A DNA stretch of 64,000 bases, taken from NCBI GenBank assembly GCA_965215005.1, contig CBDCCZ010000019.1, positions 32,001 to 96,000 of the forward strand, given 5' to 3'. Positions 18,767 to 28,971 of this stretch are shown here, in pieces; position 1 is the stretch's first letter, and the number at the start of each line of letters is the position of its first letter. Under the pieces are notes generated by a model. That model saw only the letters and a program-made list of their open reading frames with translations, searched no databases and was not told where the DNA came from. The DNA comes from Kofleriaceae bacterium. GTDB taxonomy: Bacteria > Myxococcota_A > Polyangia > Haliangiales > Haliangiaceae. The position numbers and the translations under genes are program-made.

Positions 18767-19721
18767 CGCGCCGCCCGAAGACCCCTTTCCCGGCGGCGGT
18801 AAGGCGGCTATGAGAATTTCCAAAAAATGGAAAATCCGACGAGCTGAGGAGGCCCGCTAGTGATCGTCCGAACGCGTCCCGGTCCCGTGACCGCCTCGAC
18901 CGAGCTCGAGGGGCTCCAAGCAGGCTCCTCCCCCTGCGCCCGGAGACGGGGGTGAGGGTGCAATGAGCCGCGAGCTCGGCGACGACGGCCGCTGTGGGAT
19001 CCACCACGGCATTGTGGAGGTCGCGGGACGGGTCCCGCGTCTGGGGGTGAGCACCCTCGCCCGCCGCGGCGGCTACGCCCACGGCAACGTCCACGCGAGC
19101 CCATCCGGCGGGCACGAGCGTCGGATCGCCTTGCCGGTCGAGCCCGATCGGCACTTCGTCGTGGGCACGGGGTCGGGCGCGCTGCCGGGCCACGAGGTGG
19201 TGCTGGCCTGCGCCCCGGGCGGCGCACGCCCCTTCCGCGTCCACGACCTCTCCGCGGGCGAGCCGGCCAACAGCTTCCGGCCCGGGCTTTGGGATCCCAT
19301 CGCGCGCCTCGTCGGGGCCGCGATCCGCGCCGTGGTCCCGTTCGCGCCGGCCTGGGTCCTCGCCACCCCCGCCTGGGATGGCGGACATCACCGTCGGAGG
19401 GACCCGTACCCGGGGCTGTTCTCGGCCGTGATCCGTCTCGCCGTGCTCCTGCTCGCCGTGGTGCCGGTCACGAAGGCCCAGCCCGAGCGGCGGCACTGGG
19501 CGCGCCGCGTGGTTGGCGCCCGCCGGCGCGGCGCTCGCCAGGAGCCCGGCGCTTCTCGCCCCCGCGATGACGCGGCGCCGCCGACGGCGGCGGATCGAGC
19601 GACGGCGCCTGTTGGAGGCGCACGCCCTCATCCGCGAGTGGCTGCGAGACGAACTCTCGCGCCGATCGCGACGCGACGAGGAGGCCGGTGCGGCCGAGGA
19701 CGTAACGAACAGGAGGTCCCC

Positions 19722-20153
19722 ATGACGAACACACCCGCGGCGCTCGTGGCCGCGAGCCTGACCCTGGCGCTCGGCGCCTGCGACCGCGAGCCCGAGCTCA
19801 CCGCCGAGGACCTCGAGGCGGCCTACCACGCGAGCGCGCAGGACATCATCGCAAGGTTGCGCGCCGACGGCTACGCGGCCGACGCCGTGCCGGTGCTGCT
19901 CTACGAGACGTTCGCGGCCTCGAAGCTCGAGGTGGCGCTCCAGGGGTGCGAGGACGTCGAGGCGCAGCCCAGCGAGGGCGAAGAGCGAGCCTGGCTCTGC
20001 GACCTCCGGCTCACGCGGACCGAGCCCGGCGGCACCCCCTACACGCCCATGGGCGACACGCTGGCGCGCGTGTGGCGCACCGCCGAGGACGGCCTGCGGC
20101 TGCGCGAGCTGCCGCCCGAGGAGGTCGCCGCGCTGCGCCGCGCCGAGGAGTAG
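19722..20153 (+). CDS. Hypothetical lipoprotein
   Basis: AGGAGG RBS; MTNTPAALVAASLTLALGAC lipobox. Confidence 0.7.
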   Translation: MTNTPAALVAASLTLALGACDREPELTAEDLEAAYHASAQDIIARLRADGYAADAVPVLLYETFAASKLEVALQGCEDVEAQPSEGEERAWLCDLRLTRTEPGGTPYTPMGDTLARVWRTAEDGLRLRELPPEEVAALRRAEE

Positions 20154-20610
20154 GCGACGGAGCCGCCCTGCCCTTCCATCCCGGTGGAGAGACCACGCCG
20201 TGACCGACGACGAGCCCTACGCCTCGGCCAAAGGCCCGCGCCGGCCGCGCTCGCGGCCCATCTCGATGCGGCCCACAACCATCTCGAGGAGGCTCGAATA
20301 CGCCTCTGCGCGCAGGCCGCAGTGGTGGACGAGCGGCTCGCCGCCTTCGGACGGCTCCGGCACGCTGGCGGCTCAGCGCGGTCCTCGTCACCGAATGGTC
20401 GAGCACCGCCGCCCGCCGGGCCGCGACGGAGGCCCCATGCCCCGTGACCCGCTGGCGCACCATGGGTTTTCACCCGCCCAAGGTCGACGACTACGACGCC
20501 CGGCGACCAGTGTCCTGCCCCGGCCACGTCCCTTGAAGGCCTTTCGCGGCCGAAGGGTCCGAGGCCGGGCCCCTTGGCGAGCATCCGCGGCGAGACAGGA
20601 GACGAGCCCC

Positions 20611-21474
20611 ATGCCCGAACCCATCACCTTGGCCCATCTTCAGCGGCCCAACGGCCTCCTGATCGGCTTCGATCACATGGAGCGCCATCGCGCGCGGCTC
20701 GCCCTGCTCGAACGCTTCGAGGACCGCGACCTGGCCGACGCTTTCCACCTGCACGCCGGCGACACCGTCGCTCGCGCGCTGCTCGAGCTGCGGCTTCTCG
20801 GAGGCACGCCCTTCGAGGCCTTCGCCCAGCTGCGCCGGCTCACCTACGCCACCGTGGCCCCCCACCCCTTCCGCACCCTGGTGGCCAACGCCCACGGCAC
20901 GGCGTTCTGGGACGTCGCCTTCGGCGAGCGCATCCACCGCCGCCCACGCCGGCGCCACCGCCGGCCCGAGGCCGAGCTGGTGCTGGGCGGCGCGGTCCGT
21001 GGCTACTTGGTGCGTCACACGGGCCAGGGCGTGGTGCTCGGCCGCGCGCTGCTCGAGCAGGCGCTCGACCTCGCCGATATGGAGCTGCTCGCGCTGGCGG
21101 TGGACCCGCGCGACGGTGCACCCCTGCTCGAGCGAGTGCCGCCCGACGCGCCGCTATGGAGCGCGGAGCCGCCCGAGGACCTCCAGGCCGCGCGGTGTGC
21201 CCGCCTGGAGTGGTGGGCGCCCAGCACCGAGCGCTCGGTGTGGGTGCACGACCTCGCCCCGACCCCCGAGCCCGCGCCGGCACCGGCACCGGCGTCACCG
21301 GCCGCGGCTCCGGGCCGCGAGACACCCGCTGGCTTCGCTGCGCAGTCCTCCCCCACACCGCAGGATGCCGGGGAAGAGTTGCGCGCCCTGCGAGCGCTGC
21401 GCGACGGGATCGCCACCCTACTGCGCGGCGTGGGCTCCTCCGGGGGACCCCACGGGGCGGGCGATGCCCGCTGA
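20611..21474 (+). CDS. Hypothetical protein
   Basis: AGGAG upstream of MPEPITLAHL; coding-like codon bias; no motif recognised. Confidence 0.55.
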   Translation: MPEPITLAHLQRPNGLLIGFDHMERHRARLALLERFEDRDLADAFHLHAGDTVARALLELRLLGGTPFEAFAQLRRLTYATVAPHPFRTLVANAHGTAFWDVAFGERIHRRPRRRHRRPEAELVLGGAVRGYLVRHTGQGVVLGRALLEQALDLADMELLALAVDPRDGAPLLERVPPDAPLWSAEPPEDLQAARCARLEWWAPSTERSVWVHDLAPTPEPAPAPAPASPAAAPGRETPAGFAAQSSPTPQDAGEELRALRALRDGIATLLRGVGSSGGPHGAGDAR

Positions 21475-21621
21475 GGAGCCGGGCTGAGCGTCGAGCGTAT
21501 GGAACTCCACAGGACAGGGCACCCCGCTCTGCCCCACCATGATCCACCACGAGCTATCGCAGCGTCGCACGCGACGTCGCGGCGGGAACTCGTTTGTCGA
21601 GGCCACGGCGCTGAACAATTA

Positions 21622-21653
21622 CTAGACTTCTAGGATTCTCGTTCGCTAGACCT
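21622..21653. repeat. Short 8-bp-phased CTAG array downstream of the par genes
   Basis: CTAG at 21622, 21630 and 21646 (ctagactt ctaggatt ctcgttcg ctagacct). Confidence 0.55.
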
Positions 21654-21915
21654 TTCCGTGCTTCTCCTCAAGTAGCGTCAACGCCTCCGCGAGGAGGTCG
21701 GGTACCTTGCGGCGCAAGCGGATGGCGAGGATCTCGTAGCCATCCGCCGTGGCGCGGGTGACGCGCTTGTTGAACTGAACCTTCTCGGCCTCGGCGACCT
21801 GATCGAATTTCGGTTGCGAGGACGCGCGCGGCGGTGGGACCTGCTCGATGCTGTCCACTGCCTCCTCGGCGCGCCGCCGGGGCGGCTCGGCGATCCTGAG
21901 ACCCTTCGCCATCAC
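21646..21915 (-). CDS. Small putative ribbon-helix-helix partition protein (type Ib, ParG-like)
   Basis: Coupled to parA; flexible N-terminus followed by KVQFNKRVTRATADGYEILA...DLLAEAL. Confidence 0.65.
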   Translation of the reverse strand: MMAKGLRIAEPPRRRAEEAVDSIEQVPPPRASSQPKFDQVAEAEKVQFNKRVTRATADGYEILAIRLRRKVPDLLAEALTLLEEKHGKV

Positions 21916-22553
21916 GCCGCCTCCCGCATATCGGGCAGCCTATCCAAGATCGCCTGTGCGAACGCGACCACCCTGCCCTGAACCTTGGGAAAGGACACCT
22001 CGGAGGCGGAGCGCCCCTCAGCGTGGCTTTGCCGGATCGAGGCGAGCTCCGGGAACACGGGCTGCAGGACGTTCATGCGCGCCTTGGCCAGGTAGGCGCG
22101 GGCGGCGCGATCCTCGGCGTCCGAGCCCTTGGCTCGGCAGAAGCAGAAAACGATTCGTCCTGGCTCGACGCCGGCCTCCTCGAGCTCGAACGCCGCCTCG
22201 ACCTGTGGCTCCATGTCGTCGAGGCTGTAGCCCGTCGGCATGAGCACCAAGTCGCTGTGGCGCGCCATCGTCCGCCCTCCCTTCTCGGCGTGCGCCGGCC
22301 CGTCCAGGATCAGCAGGTCGAAGCGCGCGGCCTCGCGGATTGCCCGATCCACGGTGCGGAACTTCTCAACGGCGATCTCGGGTTGGATGTCAGCCTGGTC
22401 GCGCCGCGCCTTCCACTTGGTGGACGTACCCTGGGCCGGATCGAGGTCGGCGATCTTCACAGCCCATCCGGCCTTGGTCACCTCGACGGCGAGCAGGCGC
22501 GCGAGCGCGCTTTTTCCGACGCCGCCCTTCTGAGAGATCAGAGAAATGATCAC
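21912..22553 (-). CDS. parA: ParA family Walker-type partition ATPase (short, type Ib)
   Basis: SQKGGVGKS, ADLDPAQG, LILDGP, LVLMP; no N-terminal HTH. Confidence 0.92.
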   Translation of the reverse strand: MIISLISQKGGVGKSALARLLAVEVTKAGWAVKIADLDPAQGTSTKWKARRDQADIQPEIAVEKFRTVDRAIREAARFDLLILDGPAHAEKGGRTMARHSDLVLMPTGYSLDDMEPQVEAAFELEEAGVEPGRIVFCFCRAKGSDAEDRAARAYLAKARMNVLQPVFPELASIRQSHAEGRSASEVSFPKVQGRVVAFAQAILDRLPDMREAA

Positions 22554-22577
22554 GTTCGCTCCTGTTCTCGACCGTTC

Positions 22578-22809
22578 CTAGGATGCGAGGGTGCGAGGAT
22601 CGAAGACCGCGAGCAACCGAGCATCCGAGCAACGCTGCTTTCTGCGATCCTGAGAACGCAGTGTTGCAGGATCGAAGCAGCCTAGAGTTGCTGCCGACTA
22701 GGATCGCAAAGCTCTCGAATCTCATAAGTCTAACGTCCTAGGAGGGACGCAGACACGAGAACTAGGATTCTACGTCCCTAGGTCTGCAGCTCGCTAGCGA
22801 GCGAGATCG
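22578..22809. repeat. Degenerate 8-bp-period array upstream of parA; putative centromere/operator
   Basis: CTAG at 22578, 22682, 22698, 22738, 22762, 22778 and 22794 (all gaps multiples of 8); many intervening units start CGAG/GCAG/GAAG. Confidence 0.7.
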
Positions 22810-22829
22810 CTGCAAGTCTGGCGCCGACG

Positions 22830-23215
22830 ACATCATCCGCCGACCTACGCCCGGCGGCGCGAGGTGACGGAGGCCGAGGCGATCTGGGGGGCGAGCGGGT
22901 CGTTCCGCGACTCGCGAGCCAGGCATCGACAATGGTGGCGTAGCTTTCGAAGACGCGGTTCGCGAGGCGGTTCTGGCGGAGGAACTGCCAGACCTTCTCC
23001 ACCGAGTTCAGCTCGGGACTGTGGGGCGGGAACGTCCGCAGGGTCGGGTTCGGTGGGACGGCGAGGGCATTGGCTCCGTGCCAGTCTGCGCCGTCGACCA
23101 CGACGAGTGCCTGCGCGCCCGGCGTGATTGCGTGGCCGATCTCGGCGAGGTGCAGGCTCATTGCCTCGGCGTCGGCGCAGGGCGTGACGAGGGCGGCGCC
23201 GGTCGGCGAGGCCGG
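22830..23215 (-). pseudogene. IS630-family transposase fragment
   Basis: HLAEI...VVVDGADWH...PPHSPELNSVEKVWQFLRQNRLANRVF; N-terminus missing. Confidence 0.85.
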
Positions 23216-23221
23216 CCAGTT

Positions 23222-24280
23222 CTAAGGGCGCCCACGCTTCTCGAACCACTTGGCACAGAAGCCCGCGAACGCCTTGTCGGGGTCGCGTGGCGCGTCGAGG
23301 CCGCCGTCGGCCATCCAGCTTCGCCAGGTCTGCTCGAGGTGGTACACATCCCAGCCCGGCGCGGCCGCGCGGCCGCGCTCGTAGGCTTCGGCGGACAGAT
23401 GGACGTCACCTGCGGCGTCCTCGGCCGGCTCTGGCCTGATCGTGCCACGGTTGCTGAACACGACGGTCTCACCCTCGAGACGCACGGCGTAGTCGGGCAT
23501 ATGGTCGTGGGCGGCGTCTTGCTCGATGATGCTGGCGACCAGGCGCCGGAACTCGCGGCTTGAGGAGCTCGATCCAGATTTATGCTGCAGGGCAGGGAGG
23601 CCGATGCGCCACTGCCGCTGCCGCCCGCAGTGCTTGCGGGCGAGTTCGTAGAGACGCCGCTCCAATGGCTTGCGCAGACGGAAGTAGTCACGGTGCAAGG
23701 TAAGTACCTCCCGTGACCGTATGGCATTGAAGACCCAATCGCTGAGTTCAATCTCGATCTCCTGCATGCGCCCGTCGCGGGTCTCGCGTACGATCCGGGC
23801 GCGGTCGATCAGGCTGAAGAGATCGAGCTGCTCGGTACCGCCCGTGGTGATGTTGGTCTCGATCTGGGTGCCCTGGAGGCGACGCAGCGCGGCGCGTAGG
23901 CCGGCGTAGCCTCGGCCGTCGGTCATGCGGTTGGTCGCCCGGAGCAGGTCGAGTGCCTTGAGGCGCACAATGCGAGAGACGGAGCGACCCTCGTTCAGGG
24001 CGGCGATAACCTGGCTGATGCAGTAGATCAGGACGTCGCGGTCATGGATGGTGGCAAGCCCATCGGGCGACGGCTTCACCTCGACGTAGCTCCTGCCGCT
24101 TATGTCTTCGTAGCGACGCACTCGGTGGTCGGGCTTGGTCGAGAGCGAGAAGATCGGATGGGCCATTGAGGCCATATCGGCTTTGGGCGCAGCTCCGAAG
24201 ATGTCGCAGACGAAGAAGTCACCAGGCTCTTGCCGATCCGGCAAGAGCGGCGAGCGCGCTGTCTTCGTGATTTCACCCAT
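23222..24280 (-). CDS. repA: Plasmid replication initiator RepA (alphaproteobacterial RPA type)
   Basis: KADMASMAHPIFSLS, GLATIHDRDVLIYCISQ, RLQGTQIETNI, YFRLRKPLERRLYELARKHCG; iterons adjacent. Confidence 0.92.
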   Translation of the reverse strand: MGEITKTARSPLLPDRQEPGDFFVCDIFGAAPKADMASMAHPIFSLSTKPDHRVRRYEDISGRSYVEVKPSPDGLATIHDRDVLIYCISQVIAALNEGRSVSRIVRLKALDLLRATNRMTDGRGYAGLRAALRRLQGTQIETNITTGGTEQLDLFSLIDRARIVRETRDGRMQEIEIELSDWVFNAIRSREVLTLHRDYFRLRKPLERRLYELARKHCGRQRQWRIGLPALQHKSGSSSSSREFRRLVASIIEQDAAHDHMPDYAVRLEGETVVFSNRGTIRPEPAEDAAGDVHLSAEAYERGRAAAPGWDVYHLEQTWRSWMADGGLDAPRDPDKAFAGFCAKWFEKRGRP

Positions 24281-24404
24281 TGCACTTCATCATTCGTGAT
24301 TTCACCCACAGAGGTCAAGACCTTCGTGATTTCACCCAAGACACTTCGTGACTTTACACACATACCTTCGTGACTTTACACACGCTTCTTCGTGATTTTA
24401 CCCA
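24263..24404. repeat. Six 17-bp iterons, consensus (C/A)TTCGTGA(T/C)TT(C/T)AC(C/A)CA
   Basis: Copies start at 24263, 24292, 24322, 24344, 24366 and 24388 (spacing 29, 30, 22, 22, 22). Confidence 0.92.
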
Positions 24405-24459
24405 CATGGTAAAAGTACAAGGTACTGTTTAGAAGAGGAAAATTCGAGGCTCCAGCGGC

Positions 24460-24520
24460 TCTAACACATAGTCTAACACAATTTAACACACGAACAGCCT
24501 GTGGATAACTCTGTGGATAA
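24460..24520. promoter_or_regulatory. oriV AT-rich repeats and two DnaA boxes
   Basis: Three TAACACA repeats in 24460-24490; TGTGGATAA (reverse complement of TTATCCACA) at 24500-24508 and 24512-24520. Confidence 0.85.
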
Positions 24521-24640
24521 CTAACTCAAATCGGAATATTTCAAGCTTATCAAATACTTGGGGGAGAGCAGCATCATGCGGCTAGTTTCGCTACTCCAGA
24601 TGTGTATGCTGTCTCAGAAATGGTAGAGATTCCAAGTAGC

Positions 24641-26006
24641 TGACCGGCCCCCACCGGGTGGTCCGGGGTGGATGTTGGTGCGGTAGTGGTCGTGGCGCCA
24701 TGGGGAGCCTGTCCGGCGGAGCAGTCCGGGGTGGCGCGGTCAGCCCGATGGCGCGGGCTGGGATGAGGACCTCGGACGCGGGCGGCCTGTGGCTCAGAGA
24801 GGCGTGGGGCCAGACCATGTTGTGGTGCCGTCTCCAGCTTTCGACGACGATCTCCGCCTCCCGCAGGCTGCGGAAGATCTCGCCATCGAGAAGCTCGTCC
24901 CGGAGCCGGGCATTGAAGCTCTCGGCGTATCCGTTCTCCCAAGGAGACCCCGGCTCGATGTGGACGGTCTTCGAGCCCACGGCCCTGATCCGGTCCTGGA
25001 CGGCCTGGACCACGAACTCGGGGCCGTCGTCGGAGCGGACGTGGCCGGGGATGCCACGCAGGATGAAGAGGTCCGAGAGCACGTCGATCACGTCCGCAGC
25101 CTTGAGCTTGCGCGCCACGCGGATGGCCGGGCACTCGCGGGTGAACTCGTCTACCACATCGAACAGGCGGAACTCGCGCCCGTCATGCGCCCGGTCCTCG
25201 ACGAAGTCGTGAGGTGCAGACGATGCAGACGTGGTTCGGGCGCTCCGGGCGGAGCCGGACGCACGAGCCGTCGGCCAGGTGAGGCAGCGCCGAACGCCGT
25301 CCCCGCCTGAACTGCTCGGCGAGCACCTTCGGTCCTTCCCGCCGCCGCTCGCCGTCGTCCTCGGACCAATGGCGGACAACGGCTCGCTGTTCCACGCGCT
25401 TGGCGTTCACCACCCACCCCGCTGCCCGCAGCAGGCCCGTGATCTTGCGGCGGCCGCGGCGCCCATGCTCGCACGCGAGCGCGATGATGTCGGCCGTCAG
25501 GGCCTCCTCGTCGTTTCTCCCCCGCGGCACCTAACGCGGTGTCGAGCGACGCCGGCCGGGCGCGCGGGCCGGGCGCGGCGCTCGGAGATGGTCAGCATCC
25601 GCTCGATGCGCTCGACACAGGCGCGTCGGCGCGCGGGGCCCAGAAGTTTCGTTGGCGCGGAGCTTCGGTTCCCCGGGCGGCCTCCGCCAGGATCAGCTTG
25701 TCCAGGGTGAGTTCCACGACCGCCCTGCGCAGCCGCTGGCTCTCGAGCTCGAGCTCCTTCACGCGCCGGATCTGGTCCGACTTCAGCCCGCCGTGCTCCT
25801 GGCGCCAGCGACACTCAGGTGACCTCGGTCACGCCGACCGCGCGCACCGCGTCGGCGACGGTCTGGCCTTGGGATGTGAGCCCATCCACCTGGCGCAGCT
25901 TCGCGACGATCTCCTCGGGTTTGTACCTCTTTCTCGGCAGCGGATCCGTCCTCCTCGGCTCGATGAGCCATGCTTCAGGGCAGACCACTTCTATGGGGGC
26001 GGATCA
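24641..26006 (-). mobile_element. Degenerate IS3-family insertion sequence
   Basis: Terminal IRs TGACCGGCCCCCACCGGGTGGTC and TGATCCGCCCCCATAGAAGTGGTC. Fragmented orfA (RYKPEEIVAKLRQV) and orfB (VVDEFTREC, VRSDDGPEF, PGSPWENGYAESFN). No target duplication seen. Confidence 0.9.
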
Positions 26007-26259
26007 GAGGCGCACGAGGACTCGGCATCCAAGCCGACGCCGCCGTCCGTCGAGGCGTGCGGCGCGTCGTGCGATCGACGACGCTCGCGCCCCGCACCGG
26101 CCGTGCTCACCTCTCCCGCGCGACGGCGAGCGCGGCACCTCTGGGCGATGCGGCGGGGCAAGGGCCCGGCCAGCCGTCTCGTGATCCGATGCCGCCCTCG
26201 AACAGGCATCGCCCCGCCGCCGGAACCGATCTCCGGCGGCGGGGCAGGGGGGTTCGGGG

Positions 26260-26589
26260 TCAGGCCCGATCGGGGATCTCGGGGTCGGGCTCTCCGGGGA
26301 ACAGCCGCTGCCACAGGCCGCGCTCGCGCTCGCGCCGGGTGAGGCGGGCGGGCAGCTCGCGACGGACGTAGTCCTGAAGCTTGGAGCTGTGTGGGAGGCC
26401 GTCGCGCACGAGCGAGCCCAGAACCAGGCGCAGGCGCGTCTCGTCCTCCTGGTCGGCCTGCTGCGCGCGGGCCCTGAGCTCGGCGAGCTCGGCCTCGATC
26501 TCGGCCTGGCGTCGCTCGGCCGCGGCGATCCGGCTCGCGGAGGGGCGGCGCCAGGGCTTCTGCGGGTCGGAATCGGGGTTGGCGGTCAT
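26260..26589 (-). CDS. Relaxosome accessory mobilisation protein (MobC/TraC-TraD-like)
   Basis: Divergent from the relaxase across oriT; coiled coil then DETRLRLVLGSLV. Confidence 0.65.
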   Translation of the reverse strand: MTANPDSDPQKPWRRPSASRIAAAERRQAEIEAELAELRARAQQADQEDETRLRLVLGSLVRDGLPHSSKLQDYVRRELPARLTRRERERGLWQRLFPGEPDPEIPDRA

Positions 26590-26744
26590 GGCTACTCCGT
26601 GGAGCGGGTGACACTGGCGCCAGCGTAGCGCGGGCGTGGCTCTCGGGCAGACGCGGGTCACACCAGGGCCACGATCGGTGCAACTCGCGGGGATCGGGCG
26701 CGTAGGGTCCCGGGGTCGTGACGAACACCGGGCCGGGTGGGGTC

Positions 26745-26777
26745 GATGGCGCTTACGCGTCCCGCTGCGCGGGACGT
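26745..26777. other. Putative MOBQ oriT
   Basis: GGCGCTTA followed by hairpin CGTCCCGC-tgc-GCGGGACG (26758-26776), between divergent mob genes; layout as in pTi/RSF1010-type oriTs. Confidence 0.65.
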
Positions 26778-26918
26778 CCCACCGTACCGCTTCGACCGGA
26801 CCGTCCCGCTTGGGATGGGCCTCGTGAGGCGCCCCTCTGGGCGCCGGCGAGGGGGCCGCCCCTCGCGCTCCCGGCCGGCGCCGCGGCGCCGGACCCGCCA
26901 GGCGCCGGGCGCGGTAGC

Positions 26919-27965
26919 GTGGCGCTCTTCCACCTCAGCGCCAAGGTCATCGGGCGCGCCCAGGGGCGTTCGGTCGTGGCCGCGGCGGCCTACCGCTCGG
27001 CGTCGGCGCTGCGCGACGCGCGCGCGGGGACGGTGCACGACTACCGCGGCAAGGGCGGGGTGGTGCACCGGGAGATCCTCGCCCCGGCGGACGCGCCCGA
27101 CTGGATGCGCGACCGCGAGCGGCTCTGGAACGCCGTGGAGGCGGCCGAGCGGCGGCGCGACGCGCAGCTCGCGCGCGAGGTGGAGCTGGCCCTGCCGCGC
27201 GAGCTCGGCCCCGAGGTGCAGCTGGCGCTGGTGCGGGGCTTCGTCGGGCAGCGGTTCGTCGAGGCCGGCATGGTCGCCGACCTGTGCGTGCACGACGCGC
27301 AGGCGCGCGGCGGCGGGGCGCAGCCGCACGCGCACGTGCTGCTCACCATGCGGGCGCTCACCGCGGGCGGGTTCGGCGCCAAGGAGCGGGGGTGGAACGC
27401 CACCTCTGCGCTCGAGGGCTGGCGCGCGGCCTGGGCCGAGGCGGTCAACGCGGCGCTCGCGCAGGCGGGACGCGCCGAGCGGGTGGACCACCGCACGCTC
27501 GAGGCGCAGCGGATGGCGGCGGAACAGGCGGCCGTCCGGGCGCGCGCGGCCGGCGACGAGCCGGCGGCGCGGGCGCACGAGCGCCGGGCGGCGGCCCTCG
27601 ATCGCGAGCCCGAGGTGAAGCTGGGGCCCGGCGCGCAGGCGCTCGAGGACCGCGGGGAGCGGACCGAGCGGGGCGATCTGCGACGCGCCGCGTGGCGGCG
27701 CGACGCGCACCGGGTGTGGCTCGCGCGCCGCGGCGCCGAGATGGGCTGGGAGATCGCGGATCTCCGCGCCGCGCGCGAGGCCGAGCTTGCGGCCGCGCGC
27801 GAGGAGGTGCGGCGCGCGGCGAGGGACCGGCGGCGCGAGGCGCGGCTCGGGCGCGCGGCGCTCGACGGGCTCGGCGCGCGGCTCGGCGCGGCCGGGGGGC
27901 GGATCGCGTCCAGGCGGGCCGGGCGGCTCGCGGAGCTCGGGGCGGCGCTCGGGGCGGTGGGCTGA
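26919..27965 (+). CDS. mobA: MobA/MobL family (MOBQ) relaxase
   Basis: FHLSAKVIGRAQGRSVVAAAAYRS, LWNAVEAAERRRDAQLAREVELALPREL, QPHAHVLLTMR, RVDHRTL; GTG at 26919. Confidence 0.93.
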   Translation: MALFHLSAKVIGRAQGRSVVAAAAYRSASALRDARAGTVHDYRGKGGVVHREILAPADAPDWMRDRERLWNAVEAAERRRDAQLAREVELALPRELGPEVQLALVRGFVGQRFVEAGMVADLCVHDAQARGGGAQPHAHVLLTMRALTAGGFGAKERGWNATSALEGWRAAWAEAVNAALAQAGRAERVDHRTLEAQRMAAEQAAVRARAAGDEPAARAHERRAAALDREPEVKLGPGAQALEDRGERTERGDLRRAAWRRDAHRVWLARRGAEMGWEIADLRAAREAELAAAREEVRRAARDRRREARLGRAALDGLGARLGAAGGRIASRRAGRLAELGAALGAVG

Positions 27966-28069
27966 TGAGCTCCGCGTCGACCTGCGGCGCGAGCGCACGC
28001 GGCTCGATGGTCTTGGGGCAAGGCTTCAGGCGGCGGCGGAGCGCCCGGCTTCCGGGCGGGTGGCGCGGC

Positions 28070-28971
28070 CAGTGACCGTCGCGGACCTCGATGCGCTCGG
28101 CGAGACGTTCCGACACGACGTCGCGGCGGTGACGCCTGGGGAGCGCCGAACGACGAAGCTAACCGCCGACGGCGTCACGCGCAGCTACGTCGTCGGCGTC
28201 AGCGAAGTCGCGATCGGCGGCGAGGTTACTCGCCTGGTCACGCTGCAGGACATCCAGGGCGAGCTCGACGTTGCCGCGTTTCGCGCGTGGGACCGCATGG
28301 TCCAGGTGCTCGCGCACGAGATCATGGGATCAATCACGCCGATCTCGTCGCTGACGAGCTCTGCGGCGGTTCTCGTCGCGATTGCGGTCGAGCAGCTCGA
28401 CGCCGGGACGCGCGCCGGCGAGACGCTGGTCGAGGCGCAAGGAGCCCTCGCGACGGCGACACGCCGGTGCGATACTCTATTGGACTTCATCGCGCGCTAC
28501 CGGCAATTTTCCGCTCTGCCGCGGCCGCAGCGTGCGAGCGTCGCGCTCGAATGGCTGTTTGCCGGCCTCGTCAAGCTCTTTGCGAGCGAGCTCGAAAGCC
28601 GCAGGGTCATCCTCGAGACTGCCGTGGAGCCGCGCACGCTCGAGGTCGTCGCCGACCGGGCGCTGCTAGAGCAGGCGCTGATCAACCTCGTTCGCAACGC
28701 GATCGACGCCGTCGCCGGCCGCGACGGCGCGCTCGTGGCCGTGCGGGCACGTCTGACCCGCGACGGTGGCGTCATCATCGAAGTTGCCGACAACGGTCCG
28801 GGCGTCGCGCCGGCCACGCTCGACCAGCTCTTCACGCCGTTCTTTACAACGAAGCGCGGCGGCTCCGGCATTGGCTTGAGCCTCGTCCAGCAGGTCGCGC
28901 TCGCGCATGGCGGCGCGGGCTGGTGCACCAGCCCGCCCTCCGGCGGCGCCGTGTTCGCGATCTCGCTATGA
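28070..28971 (+). CDS. Sensor histidine kinase, C-terminal part only (NtrY-like)
   Basis: VLAHEIMGS, EQALINLVRNAIDA, DNGPG, FTPFFTTK, GSGIGLS; no start or sensor region. Confidence 0.85.

Noticed and set aside
24263..24404. Mini-CRISPR
   Set aside because: 17-bp repeats with 5-13 bp gaps next to repA and DnaA boxes are iterons.
27787..28971. Relaxase-histidine kinase fusion protein
   Set aside because: Better explained as a junction between unrelated DNAs; the kinase lacks its sensor part.
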